Part shown: piece after piece, positions 42,201-54,168 of the stretch | Layout of the letters: each line of letters opens with the position of its first letter | Position numbering within the stretch: the first letter of the stretch is position 1 | Assembly: GCA_051294375.1 (NCBI GenBank) | Contig: CM119264.1 | Location: forward strand, 12,092,263 to 12,156,262 | Source: Paraspadella gotoi | Lineage: Eukaryota > Animalia > Chaetognatha | DNA: 64,000 bases | Direction: 5' to 3' | The notes under the pieces: generated by a model | Told to the model about the DNA's origin: nothing | The model's database searches: none | The model's input: the letters and a program-made list of their open reading frames with translations, nothing else | Made by a program: the position numbers and the translations under genes

Positions 42201-44864
42201 ATCGTATGCAAATGCTGCCTCATGGACTGCAGAGTTTCGCGAAGATGACTGCACTCGGCGAGGGCATTGTCTCTTTCGCGTTCGGCGCCGGAGACGCGAC
42301 TCTCCAGCTGATTGACTTGGCGCATGGATTCGGTCTGAGTTTGCAAAGATTTCTGCTCGATCGAAGCCATTCGCGCCTCCACGGAAGCTTTTTCTTCGGT
42401 CAATGCCTTCCGGTCTTTGAGCAACGACTCTCGCTCACTCTCCAGGCGTTTGACGACCGAGTGTGCTACGAGACGATCGGTGGAACTCGGTTCTGGAGAT
42501 GAGACGAAGTAATTTTAATTAAAATAGATTAGGTGATAATCCATCAAAACATTTACCCGTAATATTTTCATTGACGTCCCTGTCTGGGCCTTTAATCATT
42601 TTTAAGTACGCGTGCTCAAGCTCGTTTTGAACCTAGCGAAGGAAATGTAGATTGCGGTAATTATAACATTGTGATTTTTAGCTTGGGGTTTGATTGGGAG
42701 AGTTCCATAAAAAAATAATTTTTACCTGGATGAGTTTCAATTGAATTCTATCCTTATCGTCGCTGGTTTCTTGCAGTTGTTTCTGTGTGACGAAGACTTT
42801 CTCCTCCAAAAATTTGACTTCACCACGAAGATTGTCCTCCTTATTTCTTAGGGTCACGAGGGTAGATCTCTCCGCAGCCAACTCGTCTTCAATTATGCGC
42901 CGATTCTTTTCTGTCGTCACCAAGTCGTGACGCTGACCATCCAATTGACTGCAGACGTGACAAGGTGGATGTAAAGAATTTTTAATATAAAGAAAACTGG
43001 GCCAATCAACGGATAACGAACCTTTTTTGCAACGTCACCAGATTCTTCAATTCGAGAAATTCGCGCCGTGAATTTCTTAATTCTTCCTCCAGCTCTTCCA
43101 ATCGCCTCAACGACGTCGTTTCATTTTCTTCAAATTCGAGGAGCTTCTTCGTCCAGGCCTCTTTCTCCGCTTCGAAGATAAGGCGAGCATCGGACAACTC
43201 TCGCTCTCGAGCTTCCAACAAGCTCTCCACCTCCTTCAATCGTACCTTGGTCTCCTCTACCTCAAGGGACTTGTCGCTTACAACCCTTTCCTTGGCGGCT
43301 TTAAGCTCCGCAACTTTGGTTGTCAAGGATTCTAATTCTGACTTGATAAGCGCTGGGTCCAGGACGGATTCTTTTTTTGAAAAAGAAAATGGTTTAAAAA
43401 ATATTGTTTAAGAAATAGACCAATTGTGGACGCATCAATTTTCGGATTAAGATTGTCGCGTCCACATAATCATTTTCGCACCTGGGGGTGTTGTTTTAAT
43501 TTTGATGCTTGTTTCACCGCTCCTAAACTCAGCAACCTGCAAACATTTTTCCTTGATAAGTGCGATACTAATCAAATAAAATTTCCTGAACGATAAAATA
43601 ACCTGATCGTGAAGGGCTTTGTTTTCTTCCGTGAGCAGAGTGATCTGGTCGTTCATCCTTTGGGCCATCCTCTGCATAGCGTCCTCTCTAGCCGAGGCGT
43701 CTACGGCGGCTTCTGGTCTCCCGCCATCAAGTAGTCGTTGCAGCCGCGCGATTTCGGTATCGCGTGCGTCTAATTGATTCTGCAGATCTCGGGCAGAGGA
43801 TGTAAGAGTCTCCGCCTTATGCTCGAGATCGGCTGCGAATTATTTTTAAGAATTTCATGACTAAATAGAATAGAATAGAATAGAAAAATAAATATCAACG
43901 CGACTCACCGAGTTCTTTTTCCAGAGAGGCAATTCTTTTGTCAGACACAGCTATCAAGTCGAGGGAGACTTTAGCAGACGATCCCTGGCTAATAGTCAAG
44001 GGGTCGCCGGGTGGCAATAGAGACTCGATATCCATTCGTTGGCGCCGGAAAGGGACTTTTTTTTTATTCCCGCCTGCAAAAGAAAAATACAAATCAGAGA
44101 ACGCTCTAATAGTGACTATTAAAATTCCCTCAAACCTGGAGTTTGGACAACAGCTTGAAAATTTTTTTCCTGCAGCTTGAGGATTTTTTTTGTTTTCTCG
44201 TTAGACTCTTGCTCCAAAGAGTTTAACTTGTGAAGGTATTGAGAGTTAAGGAATCGTAAATCTGTATTTTGGTGCTCCACCTTGCGAAAATTGCTCTTTA
44301 AGTCCTGTTTTTAAAAAACGTTCAATTGACTATAAAAAAGACAGAATCAATGAAAAATTTTAGTAACCTTGACAGTTTTTTCACGATCTTCCTTTTCCCG
44401 CAAAAGCTTCAAATGGATATCGGTGTTTTCCCTGACCAATCTCGCGTTTTCTGGGGAAGAATGAAAAATAAAAAGACCATCAAGTAAAATTAACCAATAC
44501 TTTACTATCAAAAGTACTATTACCGTTCTTGTAAGACTCGAGGCTAGATTGCCCTAGAGCCAAACTTAAACTCGCCGGGGCATCGATGGCGCCAACAGGC
44601 GGGCCGACAGCAGAAAGAGATGATCCGCTGGCCCCCTTGCGCGCGTTCTTAAGGCTGGTTGTGGTCCTGACCAAATCCGCCAATAAACGTTGAACAAGGG
44701 GCAAGGAATCCATTCCGAGGGGCTAAGAAAGTAACATGATCATTTAGTCCAAATATACACAGATTAAAAAAGAACACCGCAAGAATCAACACCTGCTGGA
44801 AACCTAACTGATCCAGCCGTTTCCTCAACATCATGTACCGCTGCTCTGACGAGGGAATCGCCAT
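39278..44864 (-). CDS. CEP135: Centrosomal protein CEP135/BLD10 (multi-exon coiled-coil protein)
   Basis: N-terminus 'EQRYMMLRKRLDQLGFQQ|PLGMDSLPLVQRLLADLVRTTTSLK' and 'LRFLNSQYLHKLNSLEQES...ILKLQEKNFQAVVQTPGGNKKKVPFRRQRMDI' are diagnostic for CEP135. GT-AG exons were traced in frame through the 5' two-thirds; the last exon 39369-39278 ends in TGA. Confidence 0.93.
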
Positions 44865-45197
44865 TTTGTCGGGTTAAAGGGTGTATTTTGTTTTTTAATG
44901 TCACATCTTCACTGGTTAAAGAAAATTTAAACTTCAAAGGTGATTCTGCTAATGATAAAATGTATTAACAAATGGCACAATTAAGGATAAAGAGTTGGGA
45001 CAAAAACACGAAAAAAAATTACATGTACTATTTTACATCGTCAAAACGTATTTTAAATAAAAAATATATTCCTTCAGTTTAGTTTTAGTTTGAACCAGAT
45101 CCCATCATCAAGTTGTGTAAAAGTTATTCAACGTATACGCATATATATCATAAATCATGTAAATCAATTACCATAATTGTCCTTCAGATAAAAAATA

Positions 45198-48100
45198 CTA
45201 AAAGGATATCAAATCATTCTCAATCGCGTTTTCTTCCTCCTCGTCAAACGTCGGCTGTATCATAGGGGGTTGACCTTGCTCCAGCTTACGGAGATGATTG
45301 GCGGAAAAGATGGAGGAGCGGCGAATGCGTCGCATCTCCGGGGTGTTGCCCCCGAACAAAAAAGCGTCTTCCTTCAAAACGGGTGGGTGAGCGAAAGGAG
45401 AGTTGGGATCCACTGATGACGTTGGTTTGGTTGGCGTGAAGGTTAACAAAGTGACCACCGGCTCGACCAGGGCGTGGGAGGGAGACTCGTTAACCGACGC
45501 GCTTGGTTGCGATGGGGAAGACGAAGGCTGGGCGCGTTTGGGCGGAGTTGAAGGAACCACGTCTTGCGCCGCTAATACTCTCGAGGGGCTGGCTTTAGCA
45601 GGACTCTCCTTGGCTTTCATCATTTGATTCATCTTCTTTTTAGCAAGGAACGCGCGAAAATTCATGCGCGGCTTTTTAGGCTTGGAAGCATCGACTTAAT
45701 AGGAAAAAAAAAATTACCCTCTAAACTTCCTTATGTATTTAATTATTCACAACTTTTTCCCAGTCAACCTGGGGCCGCATTCTTCTTAGGAAGTTGATTT
45801 TTGACAGCGGCCAGCGGGCGCTTTGAGGCGACAGGAATGACCGCGGGTTCTTCGACGACCCATCCGTTGGCTTCGAGACGAAACAATTTCGCGAATCCCT
45901 CGTCCACTTCCTCAATCTGTCCAAAACAGTGAAAAATTTTACAGGAATAAATAATAATTCCAAAAAAATAAAAATAAATTTAAAAAAACGACGTCTGAGC
46001 GCCGCGCCAGCAGACTCGCCTGAATGCCGACCATCTCCCAGAAACCCTGAAGGTCCGACGGCGCAGTCCTAGGTTCTCCCTCGGGTGGATGAATGCAATT
46101 GTCGCACAGACCCCGGAATTGCTTGAACTTTTTCGTGATGAGGAGCTTTGCCTTTCCGGTGACAGCGCGGATCTGGCCTTTTAGCTCTTCCGACACGGCA
46201 GGGTCTTCGAGAAATTTCTCAGCTCGAGTGGACAACGAGGTGAAATGATCTGCGGGACGAATGGGAAAAGAAATCGAATTCGGTCAACTAACCGCGAGAA
46301 TAAAAGACAAGCGTGACAAGGTGGACCGATGAAAAATTGGAATTTGGTAAAAAATAAAAAATCAATACCTATTTGATCGTCCATAGTTTTAATGAATTCG
46401 TTGGCTTTGTCGACGTACTCTGGAGAAACTTCTACCTCTTCGTTTTTGACGACGTCGGCGACGATAGCCTCATTGGACGGCTTTGCCATTGATGTTCGAG
46501 GATTAATGTCTTTGCTTTCCACCGCTTGGCTTTTCTCTTCTCTGTCGCACGGTACAGATTCATCGACAACCGGCGAAGGTGAATCGACGACAGACAAGAC
46601 GCGGCTGATGTCATCGATCGGCACTTCAAAAACTGACCGGTTGAGAGGTCCAGACTCGACATTACCGTCTGATATTAATTCACTGTTCAAGCTCGATCCT
46701 TTTTTCAAGGCAACAACATTGCTTAATTCTAAATACGTTTGATCATTTTTATCTTCAAATGCCGCATCTTTCGAATTCTCTCTTGTTGTGAAGTCTTTAT
46801 CACGGGATAGAATAGGCGAAGTTTCTTTGACATCCATCATTTCTTCCTCAATACATGGGTCATCAGAGGGTTCGAGATATTTCATGGAACAAGACTCCAC
46901 CGACCGTTCGTCGGATGTTTGGGAATTCGTTCCGTCAGACGTCTTATCGACACCCATTTGAGAAGGTGGTTCGATGATTCTTTCCGATTGTGAATCGTGT
47001 ACTAAAACCGGAGGTTTCGGAAAATTGACGGAGATTTCATCCTCTGATTTCACCAGCAAATCTTCGGAATATACATGAACATTTTTGGTTTTTGAAGAAT
47101 CGAGATTGGAAGCCACTGACAGGTTTGCGTCCGAACGACTAGCCGCCGAACTCTCAATTCGCGATCGGTCGGTGGCCGATCTATTCGCCAATTTGGTTCC
47201 TTTACATCCTTTGACAGAGGCTAAAAAGGCGTCGACTTTTTTACGAGAAGAAGCGGCGTGTTCGGCTGTAACAATCACGAGATTATTAATCAAAAATATT
47301 GGAACATCGACTCGCCTTTCTAATGAATAATATACCTGGCTTCCCACTCTTGTCAACTTCGTCACAGTCGTTGTGCGGGACGTCGGTGTCAGATTGGACG
47401 ATGTCAATCACGACGGCCTGAGCATCTTTGGAACTGACTTGCTCGATGTTGCATTCATGGACATCAACCTCTTGCTGAGATTGGGAACGAGTAGACATTG
47501 AAACATTACGGTCAGGAGGCGCTGCGGAGAGTTTAGCTCCGCCGCGAGAGGTCGAAACAGCTAAAGCCCCTCGCCCAGAAACCGTCGAAGCCGTTGGGAC
47601 CCCGCGCCCAGATGACGCCCCGCGCCCTCGGCCCGTGACTGAGGCCCCGCGCCCGCGCTCAGTAGCTGAAGCCCCCCGCGTGGAAACTGAAGGAACTGTG
47701 GCGCCGAGACGAGAGACAGGAGCAAGCCTTGATGTTTTTGGATTCTTATCGGGACGCGAAGGAGGTCGTGACTGGGGACAGAGTTTTACGCCGATGGCAG
47801 ATCCAGCGACCTGTTTCTCGGAGCCGGTCGACTTCATGGACAGTGCTCGGACTTGACCGTGCGAGGCTAAAGGTCGAGCCGGAATACGGCTAAAGGAAGC
47901 GGATTCCACCTGTTTAACGACATGAACTTTAAAGGGCATCTTCTTTGACATTTTCTCCTCATCCTGTCGTTTTTCTGTAACAAGCGAAAAAAAATAAAAA
48001 CAATTTTAATCAAGAAATATTTTTGTAAAAAACTTTTTTATGTAGTATTCAGAGAGAGACTAACGTTTGTTTTTCTTGAAATTCTCATAATTTTGCATGA

Positions 48101-48392
48101 AGACGGTCCGTGATACAGCCCGTCTTTTTTCTCTCGGGGTGAGCGAGAGTTCTTCTGTTTTTTCCGAGTTATCCGTTTGCAGCAGTTCCGGCCGCCGCGC
48201 CATCATATTTGCTTGTCTTCCGTCTTTTTGTCTGAACTCGTTAGAAACAAAAGACTTTTAAAGTTTGAATGGTGTTGCTCCTTTAATCATAATAATTATT
48301 AACACTTACCTTTGCCTTTGAACATGAATGTTCTTATCACGAACGGTCTTAACGTCCCTCTGACGTTTCTTAGCAAGTATGGCCCGGTCCAT
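45198..48392 (-). CDS. DLGAP5: DLGAP5/HURP/Mars spindle microtubule-associated protein (GKAP domain); exons 48392-48310, 48231-48065, 47974-47336, 47265-46369, 46249-46020, 45916-45769, 45694-45198
   Basis: GKAP domain 'EELKGQIRAVTGKAKLLITKKFKQFRGLCDNC...DLQGFWEMVGIQ|IEEVDEGFAKLFRLEANGW'; basic N-terminus with 'KKMPFKV'; many S/T-P sites; C-terminal 'DLISF'. All splice phases are consistent. Confidence 0.88.
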
Positions 48393-48488
48393 CTTTCGCG
48401 CGTATTACAACTATATTACTCACTTAAAAAATACGTTCGTAATAAAAAACATACAAATATAAATGAATTAGAGGCTACAGGGTTGCGG

Positions 48489-49001
48489 TCAAGTATGATT
48501 CAATTTAAATCCTTTAACAGACTGGGTGCACAAGTACCAAATATAATCCCCCTCCTTTTCAAGACGTGATTTTTCTCTTTGGACGGGATCGAATGACTCC
48601 AAAGAGTCGAGGGTGAATTCGGCTCCGACTTTCCGATTCACGTTTAGCCCGAACCCTTCGTCGAGGCAGAGTTTCTCGCAAAATTCCTCAGAAATGTGAA
48701 AAGGATCATCGACCAACGTTCGACGAAACCCTTGAGGAAGGTCGGCGTCGACATGGGGTTCCACGCCCGAAATGCGGCAGGAAACGCAGGAGGCAGAAAG
48801 AGAGAGGCGTCGGTCCGATTCAGTCTCATCGTTGCCGTTTTGGGCAGATTCAACATCAAGAGAGACGATAGCCCCGCGGCGCAGGCGAGAGAGGCCCGCC
48901 AGAAATGGCGCCGAAAGCCCCGGATTTAGCGAAGCAGAGCGAGGGGCCTTCAGCGCCACGTGAAGGATCGTGGGAAACTTGGATGATAGTTTAGAGATAT
49001 C
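48489..49001 (-). CDS. MAD2L1BP: MAD2L1-binding protein (p31comet), exon 2
   Basis: Acceptor TTCTCAG|GAT is phase 0 and in frame with the 48489-48959 ORF. The end 'DYIWYLCTQSVKGFK' resembles the p31comet C-terminus 'DYIWFQAPVTFKGFR'. Confidence 0.82.
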   Translation of the reverse strand, partial: DISKLSSKFPTILHVALKAPRSASLNPGLSAPFLAGLSRLRRGAIVSLDVESAQNGNDETESDRRLSLSASCVSCRISGVEPHVDADLPQGFRRTLVDDPFHISEEFCEKLCLDEGFGLNVNRKVGAEFTLDSLESFDPVQREKSRLEKEGDYIWYLCTQSVKGFKLNHT

Positions 49002-49060
49002 CTGAGAACAAATCGAACTCGGAAATCAAAATTGTAGAGCAAAAATGTACAATTTGGTCA

Positions 49061-49975
49061 TTACGGCGTAGTGAAAGTTACAGATCAAAATTCGAATAGT
49101 TGTTCATGGACAGTCTTGGACTAAAGAACATTGATATATAATTTTATTTTAAATTTCTCAATTTTCGCATACACTTATATTTATACATAGTACTTACCAT
49201 AGAAAATATCAAANNNNNNNNNNNNNNNNNNNNNNNNNNNNNNNNNNNNNNNNNNNNNNNNNNNNNNNNNNNNNNNNNNNNNNNNNNNNNNNNNNNNNNN
49301 NNNNNNNNNNNNNNNNNNNNNNNNNNNNNNNNNNNNNNNNNNNNNNNNNNNNNNNNNNNNNNNNNNNNNNNNNNNNNNNNNNNNNNNNNNNNNNNNNNNN
49401 NNNNNNNNNNNNNNNNNNNNNNNNNNNNNNNNNNNNNNNNNNNNNNNNNNNNNNNNNNNNNNNNNNNNNNNNNNNNNNNNNNNNNAATATATTTCTTTTT
49501 ATCAACTTTTCGTGAGAAATTCGAATCTGCTTTCAAAAATTAAAACAAAAAATTTAATTTTTTTAATTTTGAGTATTATGTATAAATATGGGCGTATTCG
49601 AAAATTGAAAAATACATTTTTTTATATTTAAANNNNNNNNNNTTCATGGACAGTCTTGCACTAAAGAACATTGATATATAATTTTATTTTAAATTTTTCA
49701 ATTTTCGCATACGCTTATATTTATACATAGTACTTACCATAGAAAATATCAAAGGTATAATTAACCTATATTTTAAATTTAGTATAAAAAATAGGTTTTT
49801 TAATTTTTAGCTAACTTAATGAAAAAAATTTTGATTAAGATTTTCTAAAAAAAAAATTATTTTAAATTTTGATATTTTCTATGGTAAGTACTATGTATAA
49901 TATAAGCGTATGCGAAAATTGAAAAATTTAAAATAAAATTATATATCAATGTTCTTTAGTGCAAGACTGTCCATG
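49061..49975. mobile_element. AT-rich foldback/MITE-like element with long imperfect inverted arms in the MAD2L1BP intron, present as several partial copies around N gaps; right arm also at ~58620-58907
   Basis: 'caattttcgcatac.cttatatttatacatagtact' (49160-95, 49699-734) is the inverse of 'agtactatgtataaatatgggcgtatgcgaaaattg' (58756-91, 49572-607). 49486-49632 is duplicated at ~58668-58816. Confidence 0.75.
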
Positions 49976-50078
49976 AACAACTATTCGAATTTTGATCTGT
50001 AACTTTCACTACGCCGTAATGACCAAATTGTACATTTTTGCTCTACAATTTTGATTTCCGAGTTCGATTTGTTCTCAG

Positions 50079-50583
50079 GATATCTCTAAAACTATCATCC
50101 AAGTTTCCCACGATCCTTCACGTGGCGCTGAAGGCCCCTCGCTCTGCTTCGCTAAATCGGGCTCTCGGCGCCATTTCTGGCGGGCCTCTCTCGCCTGCGC
50201 CGCGGGCTATCGTCTCTCTTGATGTTGAATCTGCCCAAAACGGCAACGATGACTGAATCGGACCGACGCCTCTCTCTTTCTGCCTCCTGCGTTTCCTGCC
50301 GCATTTCGGGCGTGGAGCCCCATGTCGACGCCGACCTTCCTCAAGGGTTTCGTCGAACGTTGGTCGATGATCCTTTTCACATTTCTGAGGAATTTGCGAG
50401 AAACTCTGCCTCGACGAAGGGTTCGGGCTAAACGTGAATCGGAAAGTCGGAGCCGAATTCACCCTCGACTCTTTGGAGGCATTCGATCCCGTCCAAAGAG
50501 AAAAATCACGTCTTGAAAAGGAGGGGGATTATTTGGTACTGTGCACCCAGTCTGTTAAAGGATTTAAATTGAATCATACTTGA
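50079..50583 (+). pseudogene. MAD2L1BP: Frameshifted inverted copy of MAD2L1BP exon 2 (probably artefactual)
   Basis: Same sequence as 49001-48489 with small indels. Confidence 0.7.
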
Positions 50584-50678
50584 CCGCAACCCTGTAGCCT
50601 CTAATTCATTTATATTTGTATGTTTTTTTTACGAACGTATTTTTTAAGTGAGTAATATAGTTGTAATACGCGCGAAAG

Positions 50679-53600
50679 ATGGACCGGGCCATACTTGCTA
50701 AGAAAACGTCAGAGGGACGTTAAGACCGTTCGTGATAAGAACATCCATGTTCAAGGCAAAGGTAAGTGTTAATAATTATTAGATTAAATTAAAGGAGCAA
50801 CACCATTCAAACTTTGATAGTCTTTTGTTCTAACGAGTTCAGACAAAAAAGACGGAAGACAAGCAAATATGATGGCGCGGCGGCCGGAACTGCTGCAAAA
50901 CGGATAACTCGGAAAAAACAGAAGAACTCTCGCTCACCCGAGAGAAAAAAAGACGGGCTGTATCACGGACCGTCTTCATGCAAAATTATGAGAATTTCAA
51001 GAAAAACAAACGTTAGTCTCTCTCTGAATACTACATAAAAAAGTTTTTACAAAAATATTTCTTGATTAAAATTATTTTATTTTTTTTCGCTTGTTACAGA
51101 AAAACGACAGGATGAGGAGAAATGTCAAAGAAGATGCCCTTTAAAGTTCATGTCGTTAAACAGGTGGAATCCGCTTCCTTTAGCCGTATTCCGGCTCGAC
51201 CTTTAGCCTCGCACGGTCAAGTCCGAGCACTGTCCATGAAGTCGACCGGCTCCGAGAAACAGGTCGCTGGATCTGCCATCGGCGTAAAACTCTGTCCCAG
51301 TCACGACCTCCTTCGCGTCCCGATAAGAATCCAAAAACATCAAGGCTTGCTCTGTCTCTCGTCTCGGCGCCACAGTTCCTTCAGTTTCCACGCGGGGGGC
51401 TTCAGCTACTGAGCGCGGGCGCGGGGCCTCAGTCACGGGCCGAGGGCGCGGGCGTCATCTGGGCGCGGGGTCCCAACGGCTTCGACGGTTTCTGGGCGAG
51501 GGCTTTAGCTGTTTCGACCTCTCGCGGCGGAGCTAAACTCTCCGCAGCGCCTCCTGACCGTAATGTTTCAATGTCTACTCGTTCCAATCTCAGCAGAGGT
51601 TGATGTCCATGAATGCAACATCGAGCAAGTCAGTTCCAAAGATGCCAGGCCGTCGTGATTGACATCGTCCAATCTGACACCGACGTCCCGCACAACGACG
51701 TGACGAAGTGACAGAGTGGGAAGCCAGGTATTATTCATTAGAAGGCGAGTCGATGTTCCAATATTTTTGATTAATAATCTCGTGATTGTTACAGCCGAAC
51801 ACGCCGCTTCTTCTCGTAAAAAAGTCGACGCCTTTTTAGCCTCTGTCAAAGGATGTAAAGAACCAAATTGGCGAATAGATCGGCCACCGACCGATCGCGA
51901 ATTGAGAGTTCGGCGGCTAGTCGTTCGGACGCAAACCTGTCAGTGGCTTCCAATCTCGATTCTTCAAAAACCAAAAATGTTCATGTATATTCCGAAGATT
52001 TGCTGGTGAAATCAGAGGATGAAATCTCCGTCAATTTTCCGAAACCTCCGGTTTAGTACACGATTCACAATCGAAAGAATCATCGAACCACCTTCTCAAA
52101 TGGGTGTCGATAAGACGTCTGACGGAACGAATTCCCAAACATCCGACGAACGGTCGGTGGAGTCTTGTTCCATGAATATCTCGAACCCTCTGATGACCCA
52201 TGTATTGAGGAAGAAATGATGGATGTCAAAGAAACTTCGCCTATTCTATCCCGTGATAAAGACTTCACAACAAGAGAGAATTCGAAAGATGCGGCATTTG
52301 AAGATAAAAATGATCAAACGTATTTAGAATTAAGCAATGTTGTTGCCTTGAAAAAGGATCGAGCTTGAACAGTGAATTAATATCAACGGTAATGTCGAGT
52401 CTGGACCTCTCAACCGGTCAGTTTTTTGAAGTGCCGATCGATGACATCAGCCGCGTCTTGTCTGTCGTCGATTCACTTCGCCGGTTGTCGATGAATCTGT
52501 ACCGTGCGACAGAGAAGAGAAAAGCCAAGCGGTGGAAAGCAAAGACATTAATCCTCGAACATCAATGGCAAAGCCGTCCAATGAGGCTATCGTCGCCGAC
52601 GTCGTCAAAAACGAAGAGGTAGAAGTTTCTCCAGAGTACGTCGACAAAGCCAACGAATTCATTAAAACTATGGACGATCAAATAGGTATTGATTTTTTTT
52701 ATTTTTACCAAATTCCAATTTTTCATCGGTCCACCTTGCACGCTTGTCTTTTATTCTCGCGGTTAGTTGACCGAATTCGATTTCTTTTCCCATTCGTCCC
52801 GCAGATCATTTCACCTCGTTGTCACTCGAGCTGAGAAATTTCTCGAAGACCCTGCCGTGTCGGAAGAGCTAAAGGCCAGATCCGCGCTGTCACCGGAAAG
52901 GCAAAGCTCCTCATCACGAAAAAGTTCAAGCAATTCCGGGTCTGTGCGACAATTGCATTCATCCACCGAGGGAGAACCTAGGACTGCGCCGTCGGACCTT
53001 CAAGGGTTCTGGAGATGGTCGGCATTCAGGCGAGTCTGCTGGCGCGGCGCTCAGACGCGTTTTTTTAAATTATTTTTATTTTTTTGGAATTATTATTTAT
53101 TCCTGTAAAATTTTTCACTGTTTGGACAGATTGAGGAAGTGGACGAGGGATTCGCGAAATTGTTTCGTCTCGAAGCCAACGGATGGGTCGTCGAAGAACC
53201 GCGTCATTCCTGTCGCCTCAAGCGCCCGCTGGCCGCTGTCAAAAATCAACTTCCTAAGAAGAAGCGGCCCAGTTGACTGGGAAAAGTTGTGAATAATTAA
53301 TACATAAGGAAGTTTAGGGAGGTAATTTTTTTTTTCCTATTAAGTCGATGCTTCCAAGCCTAAAAAGCCGCCATGAATTTTCGTCGCGTTCCTTGCTAAA
53401 AAGAAGATGAATAAATGATGAAAGCCAAGGAGAGTCCTGCTAAAGCCAGCCCTCGAGAGTATTAGCGGCGCAAGACGTGGTTCCTTCAACTCCGGCCCAA
53501 ACGCGCCCGACCTTCGTCTTCCCCATCGCAACCAAGCGCGTCGGTTAACGAGTCCCCTCCCACGCCCTGGTCGAGCCGGTGGTCACTTGTTAACCTTCAC

Positions 53601-53833
53601 GCCAACCAAACCAACGTCATCAGTGGATCCCAACCTCCTTTCGCTCACCCACCCGTTTTGAAGGAAGACGCTTTTTTTGTTCGGGGGCAACACCCGGAGA
53701 TGCGACGCATTCGCCGCTCCTCCATCTTTTCCGCCAATCATCTCCGTAAGCTGGAGCAAGGTCAACCCCCTATGATACAGCGACGTTTGACGAGGAGAGA
53801 AAACGCGATTGAGAATGATTGATATCCTTTTAG
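50679..53833 (+). pseudogene. DLGAP5: Frameshifted inverted copy of DLGAP5 (probably artefactual)
   Basis: ORF fragments identical to parts of the - strand gene (e.g. MSKKMPFKVHVVKQ..., ESKDINPRTS...), broken by 1-bp deletions. Confidence 0.75.
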
Positions 53834-54168
53834 TATTTTTTATCTGAGGACAATTATGGTAATTGATTTACATGATTTATGATATATATGCGTATACGTT
53901 TATAACTTTTACACACTGATGATGGGATCTGGTTCAAACTAAAACTAAACTGAAGGAATATATTTTATTTAAAATACGTTTTGACGATGTAAAATAGTAC
54001 ATGTAATTTTTTTTCGTGTTTTTGTCCCAACTCTTTATCCTTAATTGTGCCATTTGTTAATACTTTTATCATTAGCAGAATCAACCTTTGAAGTTTTAAA
54101 TTTGTTCTTTAACCCAGTGAAGATGTGACATTAAAAGAACAAAAATACACCCTTTAAAACCCGACAAA

